Of a stretch of 64,000 nucleotides of DNA, positions 11,158-21,213 are shown in pieces (the first letter of the stretch is position 1; each line of letters begins with the position of its first letter). Made by a program: the position numbers and the translations under genes. This DNA comes from an uncultured virus (IMG/VR IMGVR_UViG_3300046832_003565) (taxonomy: Duplodnaviria; Heunggongvirae; Uroviricota; Caudoviricetes): the IMG/VR virus record IMGVR_UViG_3300046832_003565; one strand, given 5' to 3'. A model generated the notes under the pieces. That model had not been told where the DNA came from, ran no database searches, and saw nothing but the letters and a program-made list of their open reading frames with translations.

Positions 11158-12061
11158 GTGTCTTGTGTTAGGGGCAGATGGTTTTCTCGGAAGCCATCTG
11201 TCCATGTCCTTAATTAAAAATCATACCGTGGTGGGATATGATAAATTTAATCATGGAAGAATTCTAGATTGTGATATTGAGAAAATCGAGGGAAACTTCT
11301 CAGATCCTTATAGATTAAAAAAAGCATTAGAGGGAGTGGATTATGTTTTTAATTTTATCTCTTCTTCTAATCCAGCTAAATCTTTAAAAGATCCATTGTC
11401 AGATATTGTACATTTGCAAACTTCTGTTAATTTTATAAACATGTGCTGCGATGCTGGTGTGAAGAAAATAATATATCCATCCACTGGCGGAGCTATTTAT
11501 GGAAGATGCTCTGATAAACCTTTTAAAGAAGACGACGCGGTAAATCCAATATCTCCATATGCTATTAATAAATTAGCGCTAGAGGGATACTTAAAATATT
11601 TTAGAAATTCGAGGGGATTAGATTATGTTATATATCGAATCTCCAATCCTTATGGTCCTTTACAAAATGTTACAGGAGCTCAAGGGATCATTCCAATTTA
11701 TTTAAACAATATAAAAAATAATCTCCCATTAGATGTATTTGGTGATGGCTCTATGAGGCGCGATTATATTTATATTAAAGACACAATAGATATGATCTGC
11801 AGCTCTTTTGAAAAAACATCCCAGGACATATATAATTTAGGTTCTGGCTCATCTCATACAATAAATGATATTATTTATGAAATATCAAAAGTGACAAAAA
11901 AATCTGTGCAAATAAATTATATGCCAGAGAGAGCTACAGATATTAAAAATGTAGAGCTAGATATGAATAGATATTATAATGAATATGGTACCAGAGCTAG
12001 CACATCATTATCAGAGGGTATTTATCATACCTGGCAATATGTGAAAAATATTTCCCAGTAA
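11150..12061 (+). CDS. NAD-dependent epimerase/dehydratase (nucleotide-sugar)
   Basis: GADGFLG Rossmann motif, STGGAIYG, YAINK (YxxxK), RISNPYGP, RRDYIYI. Confidence 0.92.
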   Translation: MAKCLVLGADGFLGSHLSMSLIKNHTVVGYDKFNHGRILDCDIEKIEGNFSDPYRLKKALEGVDYVFNFISSSNPAKSLKDPLSDIVHLQTSVNFINMCCDAGVKKIIYPSTGGAIYGRCSDKPFKEDDAVNPISPYAINKLALEGYLKYFRNSRGLDYVIYRISNPYGPLQNVTGAQGIIPIYLNNIKNNLPLDVFGDGSMRRDYIYIKDTIDMICSSFEKTSQDIYNLGSGSSHTINDIIYEISKVTKKSVQINYMPERATDIKNVELDMNRYYNEYGTRASTSLSEGIYHTWQYVKNISQ

Positions 12062-12118
12062 TCATTGCACTAAATCCCAGCCTCTGATAAGATAAACCAT
12101 CACACGGAGGAATCCTAA

Positions 12119-12919
12119 ATGCCGAACTGGGTTATGAACGAACTCACTTGTATTTTTCAAACACCGGAAGAGTACAATGCTTTTAAAGAGAAAGCAAATC
12201 CCGAATCTTTTTATAATTCTTTTATTCCTATGCCATTAGTCTTAGAGGGAACATTATCTCCTCATATCGCTCCCGGTAATTTTATCGAAGGAGTGAATAA
12301 GAAAAAAGGTACAAAATTCCTTACACTTGAGGGAATTGTAATGGAAGGTATGTCATCTCAACGAGCAAATGATATGCTTAAGAATGTCAAGTCGTTCATT
12401 GAATTGTTAGCATCAGATACATTTTCCAGTGAATCTATGAAGTATAGCAAAAAAATGATTGAAGACCTTAAATTATATGAATCAATATTAGAAAAAAATA
12501 TAATCATTGATGAATGGGATGCTCAACTTGCTAGACAGATAATACAAAATATCAAAGCATTTGAAGAGACTGGCTATCATGAATGGCATTCTTGGAGCAA
12601 TGACAACTGGGGTGTCAAGTGGGATGCTGTCAGATGTACATCTAAAGAACTGTCTGATTTCAACACTCTTGTCTATACTTTTGATTCTCCTTGGGGAACA
12701 CCAGAGCATTTCGTAAGACAACTATCATCATTGTATCCCGATGCCACATTTGAAATGGTATCTGGCAGTATTGAAAATGATACCCATTATGAGTTTACTT
12801 GTTGCGATGGAAATTTCGAGGAGACTTGTTCCTATGAAACATTCAAAGAAGCAGTAGTGGATGGTAAATGGGGTGGATGGAATGAATGGGCAGAAATGTT
12901 TCAGGAAGATGAAGAATGA
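12119..12919 (+). CDS. DUF1281/YubB ferredoxin-like family protein
   Basis: MPNWVMN start, W..W..DNWGVKWD, FDSPWGTP. Confidence 0.75.
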   Translation: MPNWVMNELTCIFQTPEEYNAFKEKANPESFYNSFIPMPLVLEGTLSPHIAPGNFIEGVNKKKGTKFLTLEGIVMEGMSSQRANDMLKNVKSFIELLASDTFSSESMKYSKKMIEDLKLYESILEKNIIIDEWDAQLARQIIQNIKAFEETGYHEWHSWSNDNWGVKWDAVRCTSKELSDFNTLVYTFDSPWGTPEHFVRQLSSLYPDATFEMVSGSIENDTHYEFTCCDGNFEETCSYETFKEAVVDGKWGGWNEWAEMFQEDEE

Positions 12920-13158
12920 AAATAGGATTTCGAGTAGTGGGCACTCTAGAAGTGCCCGATGACATTATTCTTCATGAAGATGTTTTAAATCAATTATATG
13001 CATTAGAGATGAATGACAAAATGTATATGCTCCAAATGTGTCTTGTTGCTGAAAGTCCTCAAGGTGAATATGAAATGGTTCACATGGCAGAGGAAATGGA
13101 AGAACATTATTTTAAAAATGTTCGATACAGTGACGCTGAGTTTTTCGAGTTAGATTGA
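12916..13158 (+). CDS. Hypothetical acidic protein
   Basis: ATGA-coupled to the upstream ORF. Confidence 0.6.
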   Translation: MKIGFRVVGTLEVPDDIILHEDVLNQLYALEMNDKMYMLQMCLVAESPQGEYEMVHMAEEMEEHYFKNVRYSDAEFFELD

Positions 13159-13376
13159 CAGTAAAAGTTGCTAAAACTATAGCATCTCAATCTAAAAACC
13201 TGCAGTGGGATAATATTTCTCTTGATTTTTATTTTGTATCTCATATAGGATATAATTTATATAAGAGAAAAACATCCCACAACTACTGGCGGTTCATTGT
13301 ATCAGATGATAAAACATCTTGTACATTTATAATGTATCAAAAGGATAAATCTCATGACTGTGCGAGAGTTGATTGA
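13155..13376 (+). CDS. Hypothetical protein
   Basis: Coupled ORF in a + strand run. Confidence 0.45.
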   Translation: MTVKVAKTIASQSKNLQWDNISLDFYFVSHIGYNLYKRKTSHNYWRFIVSDDKTSCTFIMYQKDKSHDCARVD

Positions 13377-13575
13377 AGAATTAAATATTGTTGCTGAAAA
13401 ATATGGCGACAAATTCCCCTGTATTCTTTCTGTAGATGATGATCATTCTCATAATGAAATTGATTTAGATGAAGTCAGATTAAATTCATATTTCGAGACA
13501 CAAGATCAAAAGGTAGCACTTTGTGGAACACAAGAAATATATGAAGAACCAGAGCCCTTAGAGGACGACGAATAA
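13354..13575 (+). CDS. Hypothetical phage protein (MTVRELIEEL type)
   Basis: AAGGA RBS; common small phage-protein N-terminus. Confidence 0.6.
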   Translation: MTVRELIEELNIVAEKYGDKFPCILSVDDDHSHNEIDLDEVRLNSYFETQDQKVALCGTQEIYEEPEPLEDDE

Positions 13576-13628
13576 ACTTTTTCGAGGGAGATTGCAAAAT
13601 CTCCCTTTTTTCATGATATAATACAATC

Positions 13629-13826
13629 ATGGAAAACTTGAAGTGGATTCGAGCAATGAGTGACCGTTTAAGAGATGAACTGTCAAAAGAATATGATGAT
13701 GAAACAAAAGATTTAATTATTCGAGCTTTTATGCAAGGATTGTATCAGCAGCCATCCATTGTAGAAGAACTTAAATCTTCTTCTCTTATTGAATCTGATT
13801 ATTTCGAGGATGAAGAGAGTAATTAA
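13629..13826 (+). CDS. Hypothetical protein, leaderless
   Basis: TATAAT 6 nt before ATG. Confidence 0.6.
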   Translation: MENLKWIRAMSDRLRDELSKEYDDETKDLIIRAFMQGLYQQPSIVEELKSSSLIESDYFEDEESN

Positions 13827-13830
13827 AAAA

Positions 13831-14085
13831 ATGATTCACTTATTAAGTTTATTTCTCATCTTGAGTGCAGACCCAATCAAGAATTTCGTATCTTTAAAAA
13901 CTTACATATCAGAGAACGCGAAAGCTCATTGTTATGTTTACTTTATTAATGAAGACATTCCAGATTTTCCCAGAGTAAATATAATTGAAAAAGATAAAAA
14001 GTCATTTTTCGAGTATTTGGATTCAATCGGAATAGAGCACAACAAAGTTGGCAGTTATTATTTCTTCATTAGGAAAAACAAATGA
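13831..14085 (+). CDS. Hypothetical protein with signal-like N-terminus
   Basis: Start moved to MIHLLSLFLILSA. Confidence 0.45.
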   Translation: MIHLLSLFLILSADPIKNFVSLKTYISENAKAHCYVYFINEDIPDFPRVNIIEKDKKSFFEYLDSIGIEHNKVGSYYFFIRKNK

Positions 14086-14121
14086 CAAACAAAGAAATTC
14101 GAGTGATTGTATAAAAATAAT

Positions 14122-14796
14122 ATGCTGCCCATAGATATCTTTTATCATTCATATTGTGTAAATGACTTCGCGTCAATCCTCATGAACAAACTTAAGAAAT
14201 TAAGAATGTCAGGATTGCTAGATGCATGTGACAATTTTTATATCCTAACATCCAAAGCTCATGAAAGACATTTAGATTTTTTCGAGGAGCTGCAAGATAG
14301 TAGTCAAAAAATAAAAGTAATACATTTAACAGACACACCTATTGGAAATGAATGTGATACTTTTAATTGGATGAGAGAAAAATTCGAGGAATTCGAGCAA
14401 GAGAGAGCTATATTTTATTTTCATTCTAAAGGTGTTTCATATACCAATCCTGTGTTAAAAAATAATGTAGGCAATTGGGTAAAGTATATGGATTTATATT
14501 ATATACATCATTGGAAAACCCACATGAGAGCACTAGAGAATAATGACACTTCTGGTGCATTTATGATATCAGACCCAGCTCACTACTCTGGTAACTTCTG
14601 GTGGACTAAAACTTCACACTTGAAAAAACTTCCATTGTTAGATTATAATAATGTTCCACTTTTAAACAGAGGTGAATTTTGGATTGCAAGTTTAGCTGAT
14701 ACTAAAATGTTTAACTTGCCAAGATGTGTGGAAATTAATTTTTATGAGAACAATTATTTAAATATTCATGATTTTCCAAGTAGAGAATGGATTTAA
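14122..14796 (+). CDS. Putative glycosyltransferase-like protein
   Basis: YFHSKG..W..YM..HYSGNFWW..E.WI pattern seen in phage/large-virus glycan-related proteins. Confidence 0.55.
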   Translation: MLPIDIFYHSYCVNDFASILMNKLKKLRMSGLLDACDNFYILTSKAHERHLDFFEELQDSSQKIKVIHLTDTPIGNECDTFNWMREKFEEFEQERAIFYFHSKGVSYTNPVLKNNVGNWVKYMDLYYIHHWKTHMRALENNDTSGAFMISDPAHYSGNFWWTKTSHLKKLPLLDYNNVPLLNRGEFWIASLADTKMFNLPRCVEINFYENNYLNIHDFPSREWI

Positions 14797-14944
14797 ATAA
14801 TTGACGGTTTTATAAATCAGCGGTAGATCTCTACCGCTGATTATGCTTTTGAGCAAATATATTTTTTTTCAGGAATAGGTTTGTTTTTTCTGGCGTTACC
14901 CTAAATGCTTTGGTAAAATAGTACATCATTCTTAGGAGAAGATA

Positions 14945-16255
14945 ATGAGCGATACGAAATCTTACCTTGAACTGGACGATGAACCAGTGAAAGTACAACC
15001 AAACCAGTCAGTGTTTAACCCTGTAGCATCCTTTCAAGTTAAGGAAGGTGCTACCGCTAAGCAAGATGCGAATGGCAATTGGATAAACGCCATCGGTCTT
15101 CAGTCTACAGCATCTCATCGCCATGTGTCCAAGATTTGGCAGGACAAATGCACACCATTGGCAGACTTTGTTGCCGATGTTAAAGAGCAGGCACAATTTA
15201 AGCGTGACATTGTTAAGCCTGAATCTGAAATTCGTTTACTTGACATTGATACTCTTATTGATGGAACACCTGTCAATGAATCAGGTTTGAATTCATTGCG
15301 TATGTTCACTGATATGCCATCATCAATGGTTTCATTCTTGCGTGAAAAGAGTTATGGCGAAACTCTCACCAAGATTCTCAATGATGAATTGGATTCTCGT
15401 GAAAATACTTGGAACAATTCTGGTAAACAGCCAAGAGAGTTCCGCGTTCGTGTTCGCCATGATGATGATGGTAATGATGTCATTCGTGCCATTGTATCTG
15501 AAAGATATGGTGTTATCGACAATCATGAAGCAATTGACATGATTGCAAATTCCTTACCATCGTTGTCAGATGCTCTTGCCTCACACATTTCCCATGATGG
15601 TGATGATATGTTTGGCAATGTACTTTTGCCAGATTACATGAAATCTGAACCTGATTCAGACTACGGTGTAGGGATTTCATTTAGAAACTCTGAAATCCGC
15701 AATGCTACATTCAAAGTATCACCATTCTTGTTCCGAGCAATTTGTCTCAATGGTATGATTTGGGGTAGACAAGATTCTGCCATCCAAATCAATCAACGTC
15801 ACATGGGCAAAATCAATACACAAGAATTGCAAGAACAGGTACGCCTAGCAATTGCTGTTGCATTGACACAAGGTAATGATATGTTAACCTTGATGGGATA
15901 TTCCAAGAAAGTCAAAGTGAACAATGTTCTTAATGTTATCGCTCTCTTAGCAAGAGACAATAAGATGACCATGGAACAGGGTAAAGCATGGCACAAGGGT
16001 TACTTGGAAACTTTGCAAGAAACAACGGGTGATATAGCAGAAAATACCGCATTTGGTATTGTCAATGGTCTCACTCGTTCTGCACAATCATATTCTGGTA
16101 GTCTACGTGAGGCAATGGAAACTACAGCTTCAATGATTCTTGCACCTGCCATTGATTCTGATTTGCAATCCATGTCTAAGAGATGGGGTCAACTTGATGA
16201 CCGAGCCAAAGACCTGAAACAGGCAACAGCGCAACAGTATGCATTTGTTGCATAA
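14945..16255 (+). CDS. DUF932-like phage protein
   Basis: RAIVSERY..IDN, NSEI, RAICLNG, H.G motifs; AGGAG RBS. Confidence 0.7.
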   Translation: MSDTKSYLELDDEPVKVQPNQSVFNPVASFQVKEGATAKQDANGNWINAIGLQSTASHRHVSKIWQDKCTPLADFVADVKEQAQFKRDIVKPESEIRLLDIDTLIDGTPVNESGLNSLRMFTDMPSSMVSFLREKSYGETLTKILNDELDSRENTWNNSGKQPREFRVRVRHDDDGNDVIRAIVSERYGVIDNHEAIDMIANSLPSLSDALASHISHDGDDMFGNVLLPDYMKSEPDSDYGVGISFRNSEIRNATFKVSPFLFRAICLNGMIWGRQDSAIQINQRHMGKINTQELQEQVRLAIAVALTQGNDMLTLMGYSKKVKVNNVLNVIALLARDNKMTMEQGKAWHKGYLETLQETTGDIAENTAFGIVNGLTRSAQSYSGSLREAMETTASMILAPAIDSDLQSMSKRWGQLDDRAKDLKQATAQQYAFVA

Positions 16256-16440
16256 CTAAACCACTACCACAAAACCCTTCAGATAGCAATGTCTGGGGGG
16301 TCTTTTTTTTAATTTGACCATTGTTTTATTCAGGGGTATAGGCATACCCCTGAAATATGGTTTTAGCAAATAAAAACAAATTACCCTAAAAACTTGCATA
16401 GTAAGGATATTTTTGATATATTAGTAGTGAGGAATTTACT

Positions 16441-18438
16441 ATGAAGATTGATGTTAGCAATGATTTGACCATCTCCGGTGGTTCAATTTCATCATCCAAA
16501 TACGGTATCAGCGAAGAGAATGCGCCATTCGTCATTAAGATGATGATTGACAATTTGTATTCAAACAAGCCTTTGGCTATCATTCGTGAATATATCACAA
16601 ATGCATGGGATGCTCATGTCGATGCTGGTATTTCTGACAAGCCAATTGAAATTACCGTACCTACCATGTTCCGTCCAACATTGTGCATTCGTGATTTTGG
16701 TAAAGGTCTTTCACAAGAAGATGTTCTGCATTTCTACACCCAGATGGCAGATTCCCGCAAGCGTCACACTGATGATTTTGTAGGTGGGTTTGGCATTGGA
16801 TGTAAATGTGCATTCTGCTATGTGCCATCTTTCACCGTCACATCTTTCCACAATGGCAAAAAGATGGTGTTCAATGCATCATCGTCTGGTGCTGTACCTG
16901 AAATGAATCTGTTCTATGTGGAAGACTCTACCGAGACAGGTTTTATGGTGCAGATTGATGTTAAGTCTGATGATGTTTACACTTTCCGCAATACCTTGAT
17001 GGATTTTCTTCAGTTCTTCAACCCAAAGCCTATCATCATAAGTGACAGTTATTTCAGCATCCCCGTCTGTGCTAACAAGCTCTTGGAAATGGATGATTGG
17101 TATTGCGTAGATGACCGATACTCCAAGAACCAAATAATTCTTGGTAACGTCCCTTACAATTTTGATGTAAGTATGCTCAAGCTCAATGCCGATGAGAACA
17201 AATTGTATGAAAGCCTTCACACTGTAAAATTTGTCATTCAAATGTCACCCAATGATTTGAATGTGACTCTCAACCGTGAATCTTTAGAATACACTCCGAA
17301 GACTATCAACGCATTGAAAAGCAAATACTTGGAATGCCTATCTGAAGTCAAAATTGCTTTGATTGCAAAGTACAACAATGTAACATCGGTATGGGAAGCC
17401 AAACTACTATACAAGAAATTAGGACAGAAATTCAATTTGTTCCCCGAAGTCGATGGTGTTAAGATTTCAAGTTACAATGCCAATGTTTCAGATTTCAAAT
17501 TCAAAGAGCGAATGTGTAAAAATTCAAAACGCTGGAGCAGTGAATCAAGTGTGATTTGTTGCGACAGTACAGTGATATTTGTAGCACGACCTAACATCAC
17601 CGCCAATTCAATCCGACCAAGAATTGAAGACTACTTTGAAATCAATGGCATAGACTCCGAATGCAGTACAAACAAATATCATTACTTTGTCTTTCGTACC
17701 AATGAAGACGCAGATGAATTTGTAAACTCCACACATATCCGTGGTGCTAACATCGTTGAACTAGATACCATACCTTACATAAGAGTTACAGCCAAAACAT
17801 CCCGTATCATAAGAATTCAATCCCCATGCTACGTTTATCAGCATTCTTACTACGGTAATGGCACTTTTACTGATTGTAAGAAAGATTTAGGTAATGATTC
17901 TGGCGTTTATGTTCCAATAGCGCACTATAAGCCACATAATATGTACCATCTCGGTAAAATGGATACTTATGAGAAAATTAAGACCGAACTGGGCTTAGAT
18001 AACATTTATGGTATCAAAAATGTCGATTTACCCAAGCTTGGTGACAATTGGAAGAAATTAGATGTCTATCTGCAAGAATACTTTGATAGTTATGTAGCAG
18101 AACATCCAGATGCGCTCTTAACTTACGTCCTTACCAGACACATTCCAAGAGCATTCAAATCTTTCAATGAGAAGCTTGACTTTGATTACAAATACAAAGA
18201 TTTATATGCTAAGATTGCCAATAACAGCGATTCTTGGGACTATCGTGTATCCAAAATACGCAGTTTAGTAGGTTATGGTGCAACTTATTCATGCCCTGAA
18301 GCAGATTTATTGATTAAAACGCATAAAGAATGTGTTGAAGAATACTCTTTCCTTGATTTAGTTGATACCCATTCAAATCCAAGCGATAATCAATGGAAAA
18401 TCATTCATAAATACATCAAAATGCACGAATTAGCGTAG
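16441..18438 (+). CDS. rIIA: rIIA-like protein with N-terminal GHKL ATPase
   Basis: LYSNKPLAIIREYITNAWDAH, IRDFGKGLS, GGFGIGCK, NRESLEY; directly upstream of rIIB. Confidence 0.9.
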   Translation: MKIDVSNDLTISGGSISSSKYGISEENAPFVIKMMIDNLYSNKPLAIIREYITNAWDAHVDAGISDKPIEITVPTMFRPTLCIRDFGKGLSQEDVLHFYTQMADSRKRHTDDFVGGFGIGCKCAFCYVPSFTVTSFHNGKKMVFNASSSGAVPEMNLFYVEDSTETGFMVQIDVKSDDVYTFRNTLMDFLQFFNPKPIIISDSYFSIPVCANKLLEMDDWYCVDDRYSKNQIILGNVPYNFDVSMLKLNADENKLYESLHTVKFVIQMSPNDLNVTLNRESLEYTPKTINALKSKYLECLSEVKIALIAKYNNVTSVWEAKLLYKKLGQKFNLFPEVDGVKISSYNANVSDFKFKERMCKNSKRWSSESSVICCDSTVIFVARPNITANSIRPRIEDYFEINGIDSECSTNKYHYFVFRTNEDADEFVNSTHIRGANIVELDTIPYIRVTAKTSRIIRIQSPCYVYQHSYYGNGTFTDCKKDLGNDSGVYVPIAHYKPHNMYHLGKMDTYEKIKTELGLDNIYGIKNVDLPKLGDNWKKLDVYLQEYFDSYVAEHPDALLTYVLTRHIPRAFKSFNEKLDFDYKYKDLYAKIANNSDSWDYRVSKIRSLVGYGATYSCPEADLLIKTHKECVEEYSFLDLVDTHSNPSDNQWKIIHKYIKMHELA

Positions 18439-18627
18439 TAAATTCCTCATTCTATGCTGATAAGGAGAGACTTAGGTCTCTCCTTTTTTTTGCTCATTTT
18501 ACAGCTCAGGGGTATAGCTATACCCCTGACAATAGGTTTTGTCAAATAAATATTTCTTTACCCGAATGCTTGCAGTTACGGGATAATGACGATAAGATGT
18601 TGTGTTAGTGAATTTTAGGAGAGAGAA

Positions 18628-19794
18628 ATGATTAACATTTTTGGTCATCAAGCTGTATTGGAAGGTGAGAATTCCTTCATTACAATTATTGTGGATGGTG
18701 GCATTCAGCATACAATTCGTCATGGTGCTTTGAACTTTGCTAAGGCTGTAGACTTTTACATCGCCCAGAACTGGGAAGAGTTAATCAATGTCATCAGTCC
18801 TGAGAATTATATCAAAAAATTGTACGCCAAGTATGAGCAGATTGAAGTTAAAGACGGCAATGTGTTTGTGAATGATGAGGTCATGCATTCATTAGATGCA
18901 CAACGTATCATTGAATGTCTTGCCAAGGGTGCAGATGCAACCCATATCTTCAAGTTTGTTATTCGATTGCAGAAGAACCCATCCAGCCGTGCAGTTCAAG
19001 AACTGTACAAATTCCTTGAACATAAGAACCTTGGCATTTCCGCCGAAGGTACACTGATTGCATACAAGGCATTGCGTAACAATTACACTGACAAGCACAC
19101 TGGCAAATTTGACAATAGCGTTGGGAATGTGCTTGAAATGCCACGAAATAAAGTGGATGATGATAAGGAACATGGATGCTCTTATGGCTTCCATGCTGGT
19201 TCCCTCAAGTATGCTACCGAGTTTGCATCTGGTAATGACCGTGTAGTATTGGTGGAAATCGACCCTGCCGATGTAGTGTCAATTCCAACCGATTGCGAAT
19301 TCCAAAAACTCCGAACCTGCCGATACAAAGTCATCTCGGAATTTGAGCGTCCCTTGGAAGAGCATATCCCATATGATTCTAGTCTGGAAACAGATGATGT
19401 AGATTTGTGGGAAGACGATGAGTTATCTTGCCCAGAATGCGACTGTTGTTCAATCGATTGCGATTATTGCAATTGCTGTAATGAATGTTGCGATTGTGGG
19501 GATTTTGATGCAGATGTGTGCATGGGAGACCCTGAAGAGCCAAAGACCGAAATCCAATTGGAATTGAATCTTGACAATAAGATGACCTCAAATTGGGCAG
19601 ATGCAAGATTCCAATATCTTGTAATGTTGCCTTGGCTTTTTGCTCATCGACGACCAGCACTTGGAAATGCTCTCAAAAATTTCTACAAGGATATTGATGA
19701 CCATCATAAAATAAATCCAATTTTTGCTATCCTTAAACAATTTACATCTGATGAGGATGCTTATAAGATTTATAAGGAATATACAAATTCTTAG
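18628..19794 (+). CDS. rIIB: rIIB-like protein with Cys-rich insertion
   Basis: NPSSRAVQELYKFLEH, AYKA, MPRNKVDDD, CSYGFHAG, IDPADVVSIP, KLRTCRY. Confidence 0.92.
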   Translation: MINIFGHQAVLEGENSFITIIVDGGIQHTIRHGALNFAKAVDFYIAQNWEELINVISPENYIKKLYAKYEQIEVKDGNVFVNDEVMHSLDAQRIIECLAKGADATHIFKFVIRLQKNPSSRAVQELYKFLEHKNLGISAEGTLIAYKALRNNYTDKHTGKFDNSVGNVLEMPRNKVDDDKEHGCSYGFHAGSLKYATEFASGNDRVVLVEIDPADVVSIPTDCEFQKLRTCRYKVISEFERPLEEHIPYDSSLETDDVDLWEDDELSCPECDCCSIDCDYCNCCNECCDCGDFDADVCMGDPEEPKTEIQLELNLDNKMTSNWADARFQYLVMLPWLFAHRRPALGNALKNFYKDIDDHHKINPIFAILKQFTSDEDAYKIYKEYTNS

Positions 19795-19928
19795 TAAACG
19801 TGATTTGTCAAGTGCCTCCCCAGAGAAATCTGGGGATTTTTTTTTGCTCATTTCAAAACTCAGATGGTATACACATACCATCTGAAATATATTTTGTCCA
19901 AATAAAAATAATATGATATAATCAATCT

Positions 19929-20354
19929 ATGATTATGACCTATCATTATTTTCAGAATATTGATGCTGAAACACATTATGAGAAAATGAAACAGGGCGAT
20001 TCTATCAAGATGTTGTCTTATGTTCCAGATTTAAATACATATGTTCATGCAGGCAAAATTGACTTTGATACTACAGAAGAGTTTGGTGTAGAATACCCAG
20101 ATTCTTTATGGGATTGTGTTTTCGCGATAGGTATTGAAAATCATTTTAATGACAATTATGCCTCAATAAAATTCATCCCATCAGAGAATAATCTTTCCCG
20201 TAAAATTCGTCCCACTGATATTTTACTATTGGATAACATGGCTTGGATGTATGCCACTGAGACATCAATTGACCGTTTTGGTTGCAAACTACCTTTTCAA
20301 TTTCTAGAGACTGACTTGAAAATAATCCTTGACAAAGTAGTCGAATTGAAGTAA
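19929..20354 (+). CDS. Hypothetical protein, leaderless
   Basis: TATAAT 6 nt before ATG. Confidence 0.6.
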   Translation: MIMTYHYFQNIDAETHYEKMKQGDSIKMLSYVPDLNTYVHAGKIDFDTTEEFGVEYPDSLWDCVFAIGIENHFNDNYASIKFIPSENNLSRKIRPTDILLLDNMAWMYATETSIDRFGCKLPFQFLETDLKIILDKVVELK

Positions 20355-20385
20355 TATATATCTGTTGCTGATGCAATGTTTGTAT

Positions 20386-20466
20386 CCTCCGGTGGTGGAA
20401 CGGTATACACGACGGACTTAAAATCCGTTGGCGCAAGCCTTACGAGTTCGAATCTCGTCTGGAGGA
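20386..20466 (+). tRNA. tRNA-Leu(TAA)
   Basis: CCTCCGG/CTGGAGG acceptor, ACGGA-CTTAAAA-TCCGT anticodon arm, long variable arm, TTCGAAT T-loop; CCA not encoded. Confidence 0.92.
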
Positions 20467-20470
20467 CTTT

Positions 20471-20542
20471 GGGTTGGTAGCTCAGAGGTAGAGCAGTGCC
20501 CTTTTAAGGCATTGGTCGTGGGTTCGAATCCCACCCGACCCA
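20471..20542 (+). tRNA. tRNA-Lys(TTT)
   Basis: GGGTTGG/CCGACCC acceptor, GTGCC-CTTTTAA-GGCAT arm, GTGGG-TTCGAAT-CCCAC. Confidence 0.95.
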
Positions 20543-20572
20543 TATCCTGTTTTATAGAAAGTTAAAACATAA

Positions 20573-20890
20573 ATGGCAAGAAGACGAAGTTTGTACGTCA
20601 GTCCATATTCACTTTATAGAACAAGCAGAACTCCAGGTGAATATTTTTTCTTTTCATTTGTAATTAATTTATTCATTGTTGCTTGTCAATTAACGTGGGC
20701 ACTAGTTGTATTTTTGATATCTATGATTCCATCTTTGGTTGAAATAATAATATCTATATCAATTCTTTGTTATCACGTTCTTGAGACATTTTTCAAAGTT
20801 GCATACGAATATTTAAAGCCAAAAATTCTTTGCATTTATGAAAAAATCAGAGTAAAATACTATCAATACAAAGTAGGGAGTTCAAAGTGA
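20573..20890 (+). CDS. Hypothetical membrane protein
   Basis: Two hydrophobic segments. Confidence 0.55.
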   Translation: MARRRSLYVSPYSLYRTSRTPGEYFFFSFVINLFIVACQLTWALVVFLISMIPSLVEIIISISILCYHVLETFFKVAYEYLKPKILCIYEKIRVKYYQYKVGSSK

Positions 20891-21096
20891 AAATATTAAT
20901 CGCTTTGCTTTTCGCAGGTTTATGTTTGTCGTCTTTTGCTAACACTAAAAAACATCACGCTGGAAGATGTAGTGGAAGCGATTCATATTGTAATTCTTGC
21001 ACAAATTGTAAATATTGCAAGCATTGTAAACGTGGTGGAACTTGTGCTACGTGCAAAAGGACTGACTCCGAAGTGAAAAATTCTTCTAAAAAATAA
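20887..21096 (+). CDS. Small exported Cys-rich protein
   Basis: Signal peptide followed by CSG..YCNSCTNCKYCKHC..GGTCATC; GGGAG RBS. Confidence 0.7.
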   Translation: MKILIALLFAGLCLSSFANTKKHHAGRCSGSDSYCNSCTNCKYCKHCKRGGTCATCKRTDSEVKNSSKK

Positions 21097-21213
21097 TCCA
21101 TTTTTCACTTGTCTTATCTCCACAAGTGAAACCAATCCCCTTCTCCGACAAGAAGGGGATTATCTTTTAAATATTCAATTTGCATACTCTTTTGCAATGT
21201 GATATAAAAAGAT

